This document shows, piece after piece, positions 19,704-30,127 of a stretch of 64,000 nt of DNA (position 1 is its first letter; each line of letters starts with the position of its first letter). A model generated the notes under the pieces. That model ran no database searches and was not told where the DNA came from. It worked only from the letters and a program-made list of their open reading frames with translations. The position numbers and the translations under genes are program-made. The DNA is taken from assembly GCA_017547525.1 (NCBI GenBank), contig JAFYPL010000003.1:1426-65425 (forward strand). The letters run 5' to 3'. This stretch comes from Oscillospiraceae bacterium (lineage in GTDB: Bacteria > Bacillota > Clostridia > Oscillospirales > Ruminococcaceae).

Positions 19704-20007
19704 ACTCCTGTTCGGTATGTCACTGGCAAAAAAAGCCGGCAAACTGGTAAGCGGTTTTGACCGGGTGAAAACAGCAGTTATCCGCGGCGAAGCCTGGGCG
19801 GTTATTCTGGCCAGTGATTTAAGTGAAAAAACAACCAAAAGAGTAAAGTACTTTTGCGAAGATATAGCAGATGTTTACATCACCAGTCTGACACAGTATG
19901 AGTTTTCTCAGGTAGCTGGCAGACTGACAGGCATTGTAACAATCACAGATGAAAATCTGGCGAAACTGTGTACAAATGCAATAAAAGAAACAGAAGGAGA
20001 GTTGTAA
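19696..20007 (+). CDS. ylxQ: L7Ae-family RNA-binding protein YlxQ
   Basis: Position between ylxR and infB, with a LAKKAGKLVSG motif. Confidence 0.8.
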   Translation: MNKLLFGMSLAKKAGKLVSGFDRVKTAVIRGEAWAVILASDLSEKTTKRVKYFCEDIADVYITSLTQYEFSQVAGRLTGIVTITDENLAKLCTNAIKETEGEL

Positions 20008-22542
20008 ATGGTTATAAAATACAAAGCAAGCGACCTTATATCTGATTTTAATCTCAATGCTAAAACTACACTCACAGAACTGAGTGAACTGTTTGGTACA
20101 GAAGTAAAAAAATCCACTGTTCTCACAGAAGAACAGGCAAACATTGCTTTTGAAAAATATTCCCAGAAAGGCAGCATCGATAACTTTGCTTCCTACCTGG
20201 AACCTAAAAAAGCTGAAAAAGCTCCTGTAAAGGAAGAAAAGAAACCAGCAGAAAAAACTGCACAGAAAAACCAGCAGCCAAAAACAGAAAAGAAAGCTGC
20301 TCCAAAACAGGAAAACAAACCAAAGCAGGAAAATAAACCAAGACAGGAAAAACCTGTAAAAGATACAAAAGAAAAACCTGTTCAGAAAAAAGAACAGCCT
20401 AAAAAACAGGAACAGAAACCTATCGAAAAACCACAGCAGCCTAAACACAACCCTAACGAACCACTGAAACGTGCTGACGGTACAGTAGTACGGACAAAAG
20501 CACCAAAACAGAAAAACGAAAAACAGGAAGTAGTTGTGAAACAGGAAAGAGTAACTGTTACTGTTGACACACGCCAGTCCAATGTAAACATGGATAAGTT
20601 CAACGAAAAATATGATGAACTTGCAAGCACAAAAAACTACGGTGGCGGTCAGAGAAAAAACCAGCAGGGTGGCAAACAGAAGTTCGGTAACAAAAACAAA
20701 CAGAACTCTAAAAACCCTTATGCTAAAAAACGCGGTGAAACAGAAGCAGAAAAACTGGAAAGACTGCATCTGGAAAAAGCAAGAAAAGCTCAGTTGAAAG
20801 TGCAGATTCCTGATGAAATCACAGTTGGCGAACTGGCTTCCCGTCTGAAAGTAACAGCCAGTGAAGTTATCAAGCGCCTTATGATGCTGGGTGTTATGGC
20901 ATCTATCAGCCAGATGGTTGACTATGATACAGCTGCTATTGTTGCTGAAGAACTGGGTGCAAAAGTAGAAAAAGAAGTAGTAGTAACTATCGAAGAAAGA
21001 CTGTTTGAAGAAGTAGAAGACAGAGATGAAGATAAACAGGAAAGACCTCCTGTTGTAGTTGTTATGGGTCACGTTGACCACGGTAAAACATCTCTGCTGG
21101 ACGCTATCAGAAACACAAGTGTTACTTCCGGTGAAGCTGGCGGTATCACACAGCACATCGGTGCTTATCAGGTAGTTGCGGGTGGCAAAACAATCACATT
21201 CCTGGATACTCCAGGCCACGAAGCTTTCACATCCATGCGTCAGCGTGGTGCTATGGTAACAGATATCGCTATCCTGGTTGTTGCAGCTGATGACGGTATC
21301 ATGCCACAGACAGTTGAATCTATCAACCATGCAAAAGCTGCAGATATTCCAATTATCGTAGCTATCAATAAAATTGACAAACCTACAGCAAACCCAGAAA
21401 AAGTAAAACAGGAACTGACTGAATATGGTCTGGTACCTGAAGAATGGGGCGGTGAAACAATCTGTGTACCTGTTTCTGCAAAAATGGGTATGGGTATTGA
21501 TGACCTGCTGGAAATGATTAACCTGACAAGTGAAGTAAACGAATACAGAGCTAACCCTAACCGCCGTGCAAAAGGTGCTGTTATCGAAGCACGTCTGGAC
21601 AAAGGTCTGGGCCCTGTTGCTACAATCCTTGTTCAGAGCGGTACACTGCACAAAGGTGATGTTCTCATCGCTGGTACAGCGGTAGGCCGTGTACGTGTAA
21701 TGACAAACGACAAGGGCGAAAGAATTGAAGTTGCAGGTCCATCCACACCTGTTGAAATCACAGGTCTGACAGAAGTTCCTGTAGCAGGTGACCTGTTCGA
21801 TGCAGTTGAAGATGAAAAACTGGCAAGAGAACTGGCTGAAAAACGTATGCAGGCACAGAAAGAAGAAAAATTCAACGCTGTTCAGAAAGTTACTCTGGAT
21901 AACCTGTTTAGCCAGATTGCACAGGGTGAAATGAAAGAACTGCCAATCATCGTAAAAGCTGACGTACAGGGTTCTGCAGAAGCTGTAAAACAGTCTCTGG
22001 AAAAACTGTCCAACGAAGAAGTACGCGTAAAAGTTATCCACGCTGCAGTTGGTGCTGTAAATAAATCTGACGTTATGCTGGCTTCCGCATCAAATGCTAT
22101 CATCATCGGCTTTAACGTACGTCCTGATGCCACAGCTAAACAGGATGCAGAACAGAACGACGTAGAAATGCGTATGTACCGTGTTATCTACGATGCTCTG
22201 AATGACGTAAAAGACGCTATGAAGGGTATGCTGGCACCTAAGTTCAGAGAAGTTGAACTGGGTCAGGCTGAAGTTAGAAGCGTATTTAAACTGTCCTCTG
22301 CAGGTACTATTGCAGGCTGTTACGTAAAAGAAGGTAAAGTTGCACGTCATGCAAAAATCCGTGTTGTACGTGACGGTATCGTTATTGTTGAAGACGAAAT
22401 CTCCTCACTGAAACGTTTCAAAGACGACCAGAGAGAAGTTATGGCTGGATACGAATGTGGTATTGGTCTGGAAAAATTCAACGATATCAAAGAAGGCGAC
22501 ATCTTCGAATCCTTCATCATGGAAGAATACCGCGAAGATTAA
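20008..22542 (+). CDS. infB: Translation initiation factor IF-2
   Basis: [20 protein letters not shown] and NKID G-motifs. The N-terminus is a K/Q/E/P-rich low-complexity region. Confidence 0.97.
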   Translation: MVIKYKASDLISDFNLNAKTTLTELSELFGTEVKKSTVLTEEQANIAFEKYSQKGSIDNFASYLEPKKAEKAPVKEEKKPAEKTAQKNQQPKTEKKAAPKQENKPKQENKPRQEKPVKDTKEKPVQKKEQPKKQEQKPIEKPQQPKHNPNEPLKRADGTVVRTKAPKQKNEKQEVVVKQERVTVTVDTRQSNVNMDKFNEKYDELASTKNYGGGQRKNQQGGKQKFGNKNKQNSKNPYAKKRGETEAEKLERLHLEKARKAQLKVQIPDEITVGELASRLKVTASEVIKRLMMLGVMASISQMVDYDTAAIVAEELGAKVEKEVVVTIEERLFEEVEDRDEDKQERPPVVVVMGHVDHGKTSLLDAIRNTSVTSGEAGGITQHIGAYQVVAGGKTITFLDTPGHEAFTSMRQRGAMVTDIAILVVAADDGIMPQTVESINHAKAADIPIIVAINKIDKPTANPEKVKQELTEYGLVPEEWGGETICVPVSAKMGMGIDDLLEMINLTSEVNEYRANPNRRAKGAVIEARLDKGLGPVATILVQSGTLHKGDVLIAGTAVGRVRVMTNDKGERIEVAGPSTPVEITGLTEVPVAGDLFDAVEDEKLARELAEKRMQAQKEEKFNAVQKVTLDNLFSQIAQGEMKELPIIVKADVQGSAEAVKQSLEKLSNEEVRVKVIHAAVGAVNKSDVMLASASNAIIIGFNVRPDATAKQDAEQNDVEMRMYRVIYDALNDVKDAMKGMLAPKFREVELGQAEVRSVFKLSSAGTIAGCYVKEGKVARHAKIRVVRDGIVIVEDEISSLKRFKDDQREVMAGYECGIGLEKFNDIKEGDIFESFIMEEYRED

Positions 22543-22564
22543 TAACAATAATAAAAAATACAAA

Positions 22565-22591
22565 GGCAAAGCGGTTTAATACCGCTTTGCC
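22565..22591 (+). other. Perfect 11-bp hairpin between infB and rbfA with no U-tract (possible processing or stability element)
   Basis: GGCAAAGCGGT-ttaat-ACCGCTTTGCC, followed by ACACC. Confidence 0.4.
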
Positions 22592-22618
22592 ACACCAATA
22601 TACAGGAGGTAATTCACA

Positions 22619-22969
22619 ATGGCTTCTAACAAAGCAGAAAGACTGAACGAAGACATAAAAAGAGAATTGATCTCTATAGTATCTCAGATGAAAGATCCAC
22701 GTCTGGAATGTTTCTGGACAATTATGCGTGTAGAAACAAGTCCTGACCTGACAAACGCAAAAGTTTATATGAGCGTTCTGGAAAGCGATGAAAAATGTCA
22801 GGCTGCTATCAAAGCTCTGAACAAAGGCCAGGGCTTTATCCGTGGTGAACTTTCCAAACGTCTGCGCATTAAACGCAGCCCTGAATTTGTTTTTGTAAAA
22901 GACGATGGTGCAGCATACGCTCAGAAGATAAACGAGATATTAAGGGATATTAGCAAAAATGACGACTAA
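22619..22969 (+). CDS. rbfA: Ribosome-binding factor A
   Basis: RLNEDIKRELISIV...VETSPDLTNAKVY matches RbfA. Confidence 0.9.
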   Translation: MASNKAERLNEDIKRELISIVSQMKDPRLECFWTIMRVETSPDLTNAKVYMSVLESDEKCQAAIKALNKGQGFIRGELSKRLRIKRSPEFVFVKDDGAAYAQKINEILRDISKNDD

Positions 22970-23918
22970 AATTGATGTAAATGAGGCTGCAGAGCTGCTG
23001 CTGGCAAAGGATAATATTCTTATCCTCTGTCACAAAAACCCTGATGGTGACACACTGGGCAGCGCAGCTGCACTGTGCTGTGTACTGAGACTGCTGGGTA
23101 AAACAGCCGCTGTTGCATGCCACAATACAATACCGGCAAAATATGAGTACCTGAATATTCCGGTTTATAACGATGAGTTTGAAGTGGAATATGTGGTTTC
23201 TGTAGACGTAGCCGGTGTGAACCTGCTGGGCGAAACTATGGCACACTATGCACATAAAGTGGACCTGTGTATCGACCACCACGAATCAAATAATGGTTAT
23301 TCAAACTATCTGTGTCTGAAAGAGGATTATCCTGCTGCAGCACAGCTGATGTACGAAGTTATTCTTGCCATGGGCTGTGAAATCACACCACATGTGGCAG
23401 ACTGTCTGTACACAGGTCTTATCACAGATACAGGTTGTTTCAAATATTCATCTACAACACCGCTTACCCACGTGGTAGGTGCCCGTCTTATGGAACTGGG
23501 CGCACAGCATACAATGCTGGTGGAAAAATTCTTTATGTCCAAAACTGCAAAAGCAGTAAAACTGGAAAAATTCATGCTGAACAATCTTGAGTATTATTTT
23601 GATGACAGATGTGCATTGCTGGCTCTTACACGTGACGTGATACTGGATATCAAACCTGAGCCTACAGATATAGATGGTTTGTCAGCTATGCCAAGAAACT
23701 TTGAAGGCGTGGATGTATCCATACTTATCAGACCACTGCGCGAAGAAGGTGCGTACAAGCTGTCTATCCGTACAGGTGAAACAGTAAGTGCCAACGAAAT
23801 TGCGGCAGCACTGGGCGGCGGCGGACATGTACGTGCAGCTGGCTGTGAAGTAATCGGCAGCCTGGATAGCGTGAAAAAGGCAATTCTGAAGGAAGTGGAA
23901 AACATATTATGCAGATAG
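22959..23918 (+). CDS. nrnA: DHH/DHHA1 phosphoesterase (nanoRNase NrnA-like)
   Basis: HKNPDGDTLGS, DHH and GGGH motifs. Confidence 0.85.
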   Translation: MTTKIDVNEAAELLLAKDNILILCHKNPDGDTLGSAAALCCVLRLLGKTAAVACHNTIPAKYEYLNIPVYNDEFEVEYVVSVDVAGVNLLGETMAHYAHKVDLCIDHHESNNGYSNYLCLKEDYPAAAQLMYEVILAMGCEITPHVADCLYTGLITDTGCFKYSSTTPLTHVVGARLMELGAQHTMLVEKFFMSKTAKAVKLEKFMLNNLEYYFDDRCALLALTRDVILDIKPEPTDIDGLSAMPRNFEGVDVSILIRPLREEGAYKLSIRTGETVSANEIAAALGGGGHVRAAGCEVIGSLDSVKKAILKEVENILCR

Positions 23919-24820
23919 ACCGCAACGGAATACTGATTTTATATAAACCACAGGACTGGACCAGCTTTGACGTAATTGCAAAAGCACGTGGCATCCTGTC
24001 CACACGTAAAGTGGGCCACTCAGGTACACTTGACCCTATGGCTACCGGTGTTCTGCCTGTTTTTATGGGTAGAGCAACAAAAGCAGTGGATATGCAGATT
24101 ATCAAGGACAAAGAATACATAGCTACATTCGTTCTGGGACAGAATACCGACACAGGTGATGTTACAGGCGAAGTTATAAATCAGCGTCCTGTATCCGCTA
24201 CAAAAGAAGATGTGTTGAAGGAAATGGAAAATTTCCGCGGTGAAATCACACAGCTGCCACCTATGTATTCAGCTGTAAAAATAAATGGTCAGCCACTGTA
24301 TAAACTGGCACGCCGGGGTGTTTCAGTGGAAAATGTGGAAAGAAAACCAAGAAAAGCAGTTATTAAAGAACTGGAAATGCTGGAAGATACCACATTGGGT
24401 GAAAATGAGTACAAAATAAGAGTACTGTGCAGTGAAGGTACATATATCCGCACATTGGTGGAAGATATGGGTGAAAATCTGGGCTGTGGTGCAGTTCTCT
24501 CATCGCTCTCACGCACAAAAGCATGTGGTTATACACTGGATGACTGTATCACTCTGGAACAGTTACAGCAGGCAAGGGCAGATGAAACTATCGACAGCCT
24601 GATTGTAAATACCGATACAGTATTTATGCACCTGGAAAGAGTAGACCTGTCACCAGAACTGGCGAAACGTCTGCTGAACGGTGCCCGTAGCCGCATAGCA
24701 AAACCGGACGGGGATTACCGTGTTTACTATAAAGATAAATTCTACGCTATAGCAAATGTTACAGAAAAGAAAATGAGCGTAGTGAAACTTTTTGTTGAGA
24801 AGGAAAAGGAAACTATATAA
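23909..24820 (+). CDS. truB: tRNA pseudouridine(55) synthase TruB
   Basis: The GHSGTLDPMATGVL motif containing the catalytic Asp. Confidence 0.92.
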   Translation: MQIDRNGILILYKPQDWTSFDVIAKARGILSTRKVGHSGTLDPMATGVLPVFMGRATKAVDMQIIKDKEYIATFVLGQNTDTGDVTGEVINQRPVSATKEDVLKEMENFRGEITQLPPMYSAVKINGQPLYKLARRGVSVENVERKPRKAVIKELEMLEDTTLGENEYKIRVLCSEGTYIRTLVEDMGENLGCGAVLSSLSRTKACGYTLDDCITLEQLQQARADETIDSLIVNTDTVFMHLERVDLSPELAKRLLNGARSRIAKPDGDYRVYYKDKFYAIANVTEKKMSVVKLFVEKEKETI

Positions 24821-25738
24821 ATGCTTGAAGTGTACAATATGTCCTGGCAGGGTAATGAGAATACCGCTGTTGCCCTGGGATATTTTGACGGTGTACATAT
24901 TGCCCACCAGACTTTAATAAGCCGTATGGGACGTTACGCCGAAGAAAATGGTTTGAAAAAAGCCGTATTTACATTTACAAAGTCAATAACACTCGGTCAT
25001 AAAGGTAAAGACCTGCTGACACAGGCACAGAAGCTGGAATGCATGCAGTCACAAGGTATAGACCTGTATTATTCACCGGACTTTTCTGAATTTTCAGGAC
25101 TGGAACCGGAAGAATTTGTGCAGAAAATACTGGTGCAGTCAATGAAAGCCAAAGCTGTTTTCTGTGGGGAAAACTTTTTCTTCGGAAAAAACAGACGGGG
25201 AAATGTACAGGTACTGCAGCAGTTGTGCGAAAAGTACAATATAGTATTTGTATTGGCTGATACAGTGTATCTTGACGGACAGGTTGTCAGCAGTACAGCT
25301 ATACGCAATGCCCTTTCTGAAGGTGACGTGGAAAAAGCTGAAATCATGCTGGGCAGACCATATAGTGTAAAATTGCCGGTGGTACACGGCAAAAAAATAG
25401 GCCGTACAATGGGTACACCTACTATAAATCAGGTTTATCCTGATGGTATGTGCACACCTAGAGACGGTGTATATATAACTTGTACTACGGTTGATGGTAA
25501 AAAATACCCTTCAGCCACAGGTATAGGCAGCCGTCCTACAGTAAATGGACTGGGACAGACCTGCGAAACTTTTATACTGGGATTTGAAGGCGACCTGTAT
25601 TATAAAGATATACAGGTAGATTTTCACTCTTATCTGTTTGCACCGCAGAAATTTGAAAGCCTGCGGCAGCTGGGAGAAATGATATACTCCAGCGCAGAAA
25701 AATCCTGTGAATTTCTCACAAAAAAAGGTATTATTTAA
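24821..25738 (+). CDS. ribF: Bifunctional riboflavin kinase / FAD synthetase
   Basis: ALGYFDGVHIAH at the N-terminus; PTIN and GSRPT in the kinase domain. Confidence 0.9.
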   Translation: MLEVYNMSWQGNENTAVALGYFDGVHIAHQTLISRMGRYAEENGLKKAVFTFTKSITLGHKGKDLLTQAQKLECMQSQGIDLYYSPDFSEFSGLEPEEFVQKILVQSMKAKAVFCGENFFFGKNRRGNVQVLQQLCEKYNIVFVLADTVYLDGQVVSSTAIRNALSEGDVEKAEIMLGRPYSVKLPVVHGKKIGRTMGTPTINQVYPDGMCTPRDGVYITCTTVDGKKYPSATGIGSRPTVNGLGQTCETFILGFEGDLYYKDIQVDFHSYLFAPQKFESLRQLGEMIYSSAEKSCEFLTKKGII

Positions 25739-25762
25739 TGGGAAAATTCACATATAATATAC

Positions 25763-25791
25763 TTTACAAATTATATTTTTAATGATATAAT
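25763..25791 (+). promoter_or_regulatory. Promoter of rpsO with an extended -10, followed by a roughly 100-nt structured leader
   Basis: TTTACA-17 nt-TATAAT, with a TG at -15/-14. Confidence 0.6.
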
Positions 25792-25899
25792 TTCATAGTG
25801 ACCTATGAATCGGTACAGGGGCACAGCTGCAGGGCAGCATTCACCATACCCTATACTGAGTCACAGGCAAATTTTTAAATAAAGAAAGGTGAAACAACT

Positions 25900-26154
25900 A
25901 TGAACAAACAGGAAATTATCGCAACATACGCAATGCATGAAGGTGACACAGGTTCTCCAGAAGTACAGATCGCTCTGCTGACAGCAAGAATCAACCATCT
26001 GACAGAACACCTGAAATCCAACAAACAGGACCATCACTCCCGTCGTGGTCTGTTCAAAATGGTAGGTCGCCGTCGTAACCTGCTGGCATACCTGCAGAAA
26101 ACAGATATCGAAAGATACCGTGCAATCGTTGCTAAACTGGGTCTGCGTAAATAA
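25900..26154 (+). CDS. rpsO: 30S ribosomal protein S15
   Basis: [25 protein letters not shown]...HSRRGL. Confidence 0.95.
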   Translation: MNKQEIIATYAMHEGDTGSPEVQIALLTARINHLTEHLKSNKQDHHSRRGLFKMVGRRRNLLAYLQKTDIERYRAIVAKLGLRK

Positions 26155-26169
26155 TTTACACAAAGATAT

Positions 26170-26196
26170 AAGGCAGATGGTAACACATCTGCCTTT
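26170..26196 (+). terminator. Leaky terminator between rpsO and pnp
   Basis: AAGGCAGATG-gtaaca-CATCTGCCTT with a short T-run. Confidence 0.6.
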
Positions 26197-26344
26197 CAGT
26201 CTGTAATTAAAGCGATAACAGGCAAGGGAGGATATTATATTTAGCAGTAACTTGAGTGTTTATCCACAAGGGTAAATGCTGAACTCATTGCTAAAAATAT
26301 AATCTCTCTTGCCATACAAACACAATTTTGACAAGGAGATAAAA

Positions 26345-28456
26345 ATGAGCTTCAAAGTATTTGAAACTATGTTTGCCGGCAGAAAACTGACAGTTGAAAC
26401 AGGTAAAATGTGCGCACTGTCCAATGGTTCCTGTCTGGTAAGATACGGTGACACAGTAGTTCTTGCAAACGTTACTATGGCACCAAATCCAAGAGATGGT
26501 ATTGACTTTTTCCCTCTGTCTGTAGATTTTGAGGAAAAAATCTACGCAGTAGGCAGAATCCCAGGCTCCTTCCTGAGAAGAGAAGGCCGCCCAGGCGAAA
26601 GCGCTGTTCTGTCCAGCCGTGTGGTTGACAGACCAATGCGTCCACTGTTCCCAAAAGACATGAGAAATGATGTTTCCATCGTTATGACAGTTATGTCTGT
26701 AGAACCAGACTGTGATCCAGAAATCGTAGGTATGCTGGGTGCTATCATCGCTACATGCATTTCTGACGTTCCATTCAACGGCCCTATCGGTGGTATTTCT
26801 GTAGGTCTGGTAGATGGTGAAATCGTTCTTATGCCAAATGCTGAACAGAAAAAATCCAACAAACTGGATCTGACACTGGTTTGCAGTCAGGAAAAAGTAG
26901 TTATGATCGAAGCTGGTGCAGCTGAAGTTGATGAAACAACAATGCTGAACGCGATCCGCGCAGGTCATGAAGAAATCAAAAAATTTATCGCTTTCGTAAA
27001 CGAAATCGTTGCAGAAATCGGTAAACCAAAATATGAATTCCAGCATATCGAAGTAGACCACGATATGTTCGAAGCTATCAAAGAATTTGCTCTGGACAAA
27101 GTAAAATTTGCTCTGGATACAGATGACAAAAACATCCGTGAAGCAAGACTGAACCCAATCTATACAGAAGTACACGAAAAATTCGACGAAATGTACCCAG
27201 AACAGACAGGTATGATTGACGAATGTATGTACAAACTGCAGAAGTTCGTTGTTCGTCGCTGGCTGCTGGATGAAGGTAAACGTGTAGACGGCCGTGGTAT
27301 CAACGAAATCCGTCCACTGTCTGCTGAAGTAGGTCTGCTGCCAAGAGTTCATGGTTCAGGTATGTTTACACGTGGTCAGACACAGGTTCTGTCCGTAGCT
27401 ACACTGGGCACACTGAAAGACGGTCAGCTGATTGATGGTCTGCAGGATGTATACGAAAAGAAATACATGCACCAGTACAACTTCCCACCATATTCTGTTG
27501 GTGAAGCACGTGCTCCAAGAAGCCCAGGCCGTCGTGAAATCGGTCACGGTGCTCTGGCTGAAAGAGCTCTGGTACCTGTTCTGCCATCTCAGGAAGAATT
27601 CCCATACGTAATCCGTGTGGTTTCTGAAGTTCTTTCCTCCAATGGTTCCACATCTCAGGCTTCTATCTGTGGTTCCACACTGGCTCTGATGGATGCTGGT
27701 GTACCTATCAAAGCACCTGTTGCAGGTATCTCTGTAGGTCTTATCACAGAAGGCGACCGCTGGATGACAATGCTGGATATCCAGGGTCTGGAAGACTTCC
27801 ACGGCGATATGGACTTTAAAGTAGGTGGTACACACGAAGGTATCACAGCTATTCAGGTAGATATTAAAGTAGACGGTCTCACATACGAAATTATCGAAGA
27901 AGCATTTGAAAAATGCCGCAAAGCAAGACTGCACATCCTGGATGACATTATGGCTCCAGTAATTGCACAGCCAAGAGAAGAACTGTCCAAATACGCTCCA
28001 AAAATGAAATCCATGAAAATTGACCCAGATAAGATCAAAGATGTTATCGGTAAAGGCGGTAAAGTTATCCAGAAAATCTGTGCTGAATGTGACGTACAGA
28101 TTGACATCGAAGATGACGGCAGCGTATTTATCAGCGGTCTGAATGGTGACAACCTGAACAAAGCATACTTCATCATCAAAACTATTGTAGATGATCCAGA
28201 AATCGGTGCTATCTACAAAGGTGTTGTTACAAGACTGATGAGCTTTGGCGCATTCGTAGAAATCGCTCCAGGTAAAGAAGGTATGGTTCATATCTCCAAA
28301 CTGGATGAAAAACGCGTAGCAAAAGTTGAAGACGTAGTAAACGTAGGCGACGAAATCCTGGTAATGGTTACAGAAATTGATGACCAGAACAGAATCAACC
28401 TGTCCAGAAAAGATGCTATCGCAAAAATTAACGCTAAAAAAGAAGCTAACAACTAA
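26345..28456 (+). CDS. pnp: Polyribonucleotide nucleotidyltransferase (PNPase)
   Basis: Two RNase PH domains, a KH domain (GKGGKVIQKI) and an S1 domain. ATG 26345 is preceded by AAGGAG; the track start 26309 is rejected. Confidence 0.97.
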   Translation: MSFKVFETMFAGRKLTVETGKMCALSNGSCLVRYGDTVVLANVTMAPNPRDGIDFFPLSVDFEEKIYAVGRIPGSFLRREGRPGESAVLSSRVVDRPMRPLFPKDMRNDVSIVMTVMSVEPDCDPEIVGMLGAIIATCISDVPFNGPIGGISVGLVDGEIVLMPNAEQKKSNKLDLTLVCSQEKVVMIEAGAAEVDETTMLNAIRAGHEEIKKFIAFVNEIVAEIGKPKYEFQHIEVDHDMFEAIKEFALDKVKFALDTDDKNIREARLNPIYTEVHEKFDEMYPEQTGMIDECMYKLQKFVVRRWLLDEGKRVDGRGINEIRPLSAEVGLLPRVHGSGMFTRGQTQVLSVATLGTLKDGQLIDGLQDVYEKKYMHQYNFPPYSVGEARAPRSPGRREIGHGALAERALVPVLPSQEEFPYVIRVVSEVLSSNGSTSQASICGSTLALMDAGVPIKAPVAGISVGLITEGDRWMTMLDIQGLEDFHGDMDFKVGGTHEGITAIQVDIKVDGLTYEIIEEAFEKCRKARLHILDDIMAPVIAQPREELSKYAPKMKSMKIDPDKIKDVIGKGGKVIQKICAECDVQIDIEDDGSVFISGLNGDNLNKAYFIIKTIVDDPEIGAIYKGVVTRLMSFGAFVEIAPGKEGMVHISKLDEKRVAKVEDVVNVGDEILVMVTEIDDQNRINLSRKDAIAKINAKKEANN

Positions 28457-28463
28457 TATAAAG

Positions 28464-28496
28464 AAAACGGTGCAGTGAATCTGCACCGTTTTTTTA
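28464..28496 (+). terminator. Terminator after pnp
   Basis: AAAACGGTGCAG-tgaat-CTGCACCGTTTTTTT. Confidence 0.85.
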
Positions 28497-28578
28497 TTTA
28501 ATTCATTTTACAATCACACAAAAAGATATATAATATGATATAATATATCGGAGATTATAAATACGGAGAAAATTTACA

Positions 28579-29850
28579 TTGAATTCAAACAAAAATAATA
28601 TAGTCAAAATATTATTGGTACTGGTAAGCGCTTTCGGCATCGGTATGTGGCGGTGGAATGGATTTATAAACAGTGAACTTTATACTGGTGGAGTTGCCAC
28701 ACAGGAACAAACTGTAAATGAAGATGAAAACATACAGGCATGCTCTGTTAGTGTCGAAATAAACGATGGTGAAAAAGTGCTTAATGACGCACAGGCTGAA
28801 TTACTGGCGGGCTACGCCCGTAGCTACGCAGATACATTATGCAGTTTAAATCCGGCAGATGTTCTCAGTTTATTTACTGATGAAAATGAAAATTATCATA
28901 TAAACAAAGCGGCGTGGGAGATACTGACAGAAATCAGAAAAATGTCTCATATGGACCTTACACTGGAAAAAGCAGAAATAACATACACTGTAGTAGAAAC
29001 AAGAGTATCAGGAGATACGCTGAAAATACACATTACAGAAAATAATTTGCAGAAGTTCAGACATATGCAGGAAGATTCATGCAGTTATAACATTAATCAT
29101 TTGTTTGTACTGCAACAGTCTGACGATGGCTGGAAAATAAAAAGCCATGAACAGGAAGAAGACTTTTTCTTGTTGGCTATAGAAGGCTGGGAAGACGCTA
29201 CGGGTGAAACATATGATGATAAATTACGGTATACAGTAAAAATAATCACTGATGATGCCCGTGAAAATAAAGAAGAACTGAAAATAAGCACAGGCAATCC
29301 GCCTGAAGATATAGCAGTAAAAAACATAGAATATAACCGTGATGCAGCAGTAGAGTATGCAAGACAGTGGTGCAATAAAAGAAACTATGAAGATGGATAT
29401 CTTGCCTATGATGCATTTGGTGGTAACTGCCAGAATTTTGCCAGCCAGTGTATATATGCCGGTGGTATAGCCATGGACCATAGTGGCTATGGCGAATCAC
29501 AGTGGAAGTTTTATTCACAGACACTGAATACAAAGCAAGCCGCATCAGGACGTTCATATTCATGGACAGGAGTTGACCCGTTTTATACATACGCAACCAT
29601 AAATCGCTCTTCCGGTATGGTATGTCAGGCTGATTTACAGCTGGAATATGCCGAAAAAGGTGATGTTATTCAGGTAGGCGCGTACCATGACTGGCGTCAT
29701 TCATTGGTCGTGATTGATGTGATGAAAGACAGCGACGGTAATCTGCAGGATATTATCGTGGCATCAAACACTGCTGACAGATGGAATTACCCGTTAAGTG
29801 CCTATATATACACTTATCCCAGACTGATTCATATCATCGGACAGAATTAA
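28579..29850 (+). CDS. Membrane-anchored protein with a C-terminal putative amidase domain (Amidase_6-like)
   Basis: N-terminal TM helix and an NCQNFASQCIYAGG motif with a downstream His. TTG start. Confidence 0.6.
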   Translation: MNSNKNNIVKILLVLVSAFGIGMWRWNGFINSELYTGGVATQEQTVNEDENIQACSVSVEINDGEKVLNDAQAELLAGYARSYADTLCSLNPADVLSLFTDENENYHINKAAWEILTEIRKMSHMDLTLEKAEITYTVVETRVSGDTLKIHITENNLQKFRHMQEDSCSYNINHLFVLQQSDDGWKIKSHEQEEDFFLLAIEGWEDATGETYDDKLRYTVKIITDDARENKEELKISTGNPPEDIAVKNIEYNRDAAVEYARQWCNKRNYEDGYLAYDAFGGNCQNFASQCIYAGGIAMDHSGYGESQWKFYSQTLNTKQAASGRSYSWTGVDPFYTYATINRSSGMVCQADLQLEYAEKGDVIQVGAYHDWRHSLVVIDVMKDSDGNLQDIIVASNTADRWNYPLSAYIYTYPRLIHIIGQN

Positions 29851-29857
29851 AAAATAG

Positions 29858-29885
29858 AAGCCCGCTTTTATGCGGGCTTTTTATT
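29858..29885 (+). terminator. Terminator
   Basis: GAAGCCCGC-tttta-GCGGGCTTTTT. Confidence 0.8.
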
Positions 29886-29922
29886 TGTTATTCATAAACT
29901 AACTGAAATTAAAATTTCAAAC

Positions 29923-29950
29923 AAAAAAGCAGCGGATAGCCGCTGCTTTT
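29923..29950 (-). terminator. Terminator of the Cys-rich micro-ORF (T-run on the minus strand)
   Basis: On the minus strand: AAAAGCAGCGGC-tat-CCGCTGCTTTTTTGTTT. It begins 4 nt after the ORF stop. Confidence 0.75.
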
Positions 29951-29953
29951 AAA

Positions 29954-30127
29954 TTAATCTTCCATAAATTTCCATGTTTTTTTGTAGTTTTTCCAGTCCA
30001 GCCAACATGGATGTGGACAACCGGCGCAGGCACCACTGCAGTCACCTTTGTGCTTGCAAGGATTCTGGCATACTTTACATATATGGCAACAGGTTTCGTT
30101 ACCTTTTGCAACTGCATATTTTATCAT
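29954..30127 (-). CDS. Untracked 57-aa cysteine-rich protein (10 Cys, 3 His), putative metal/Fe-S binding
   Basis: Hand translation gives MIKYAVAKGNETCCHICKVCQNPCKHKGDCSGACAGCPHPCWLDWKNYKKTWKFMED. AAGGTGA lies upstream of the ATG and a dedicated terminator lies downstream. The ORF is below the 60-aa track cutoff. Confidence 0.45.
   Translation of the reverse strand: MIKYAVAKGNETCCHICKVCQNPCKHKGDCSGACAGCPHPCWLDWKNYKKTWKFMED

Noticed and set aside
20200-20560. Repetitive K/Q/E/P-rich coding DNA that resembles a tandem repeat.
   Set aside because: It is the usual low-complexity N-terminal region of IF-2. The reading frame is maintained and there is no exact repeat unit.
19819-22041. A 740-aa ORF antisense to infB. 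Similar long antisense ORFs lie at:
- 705-1505
- 16574-17515
- 26291-27352
- 27356-28486
- 44084-44881
- 50722-51252
- 55550-56521
   Set aside because: These are shadow frames created by the sense-strand codon bias, which avoids TTA, CTA and TCA. Their translations are low-complexity (rich in Cys, Phe, Val and Gln), have no Shine-Dalgarno, and overlap unambiguous conserved genes.
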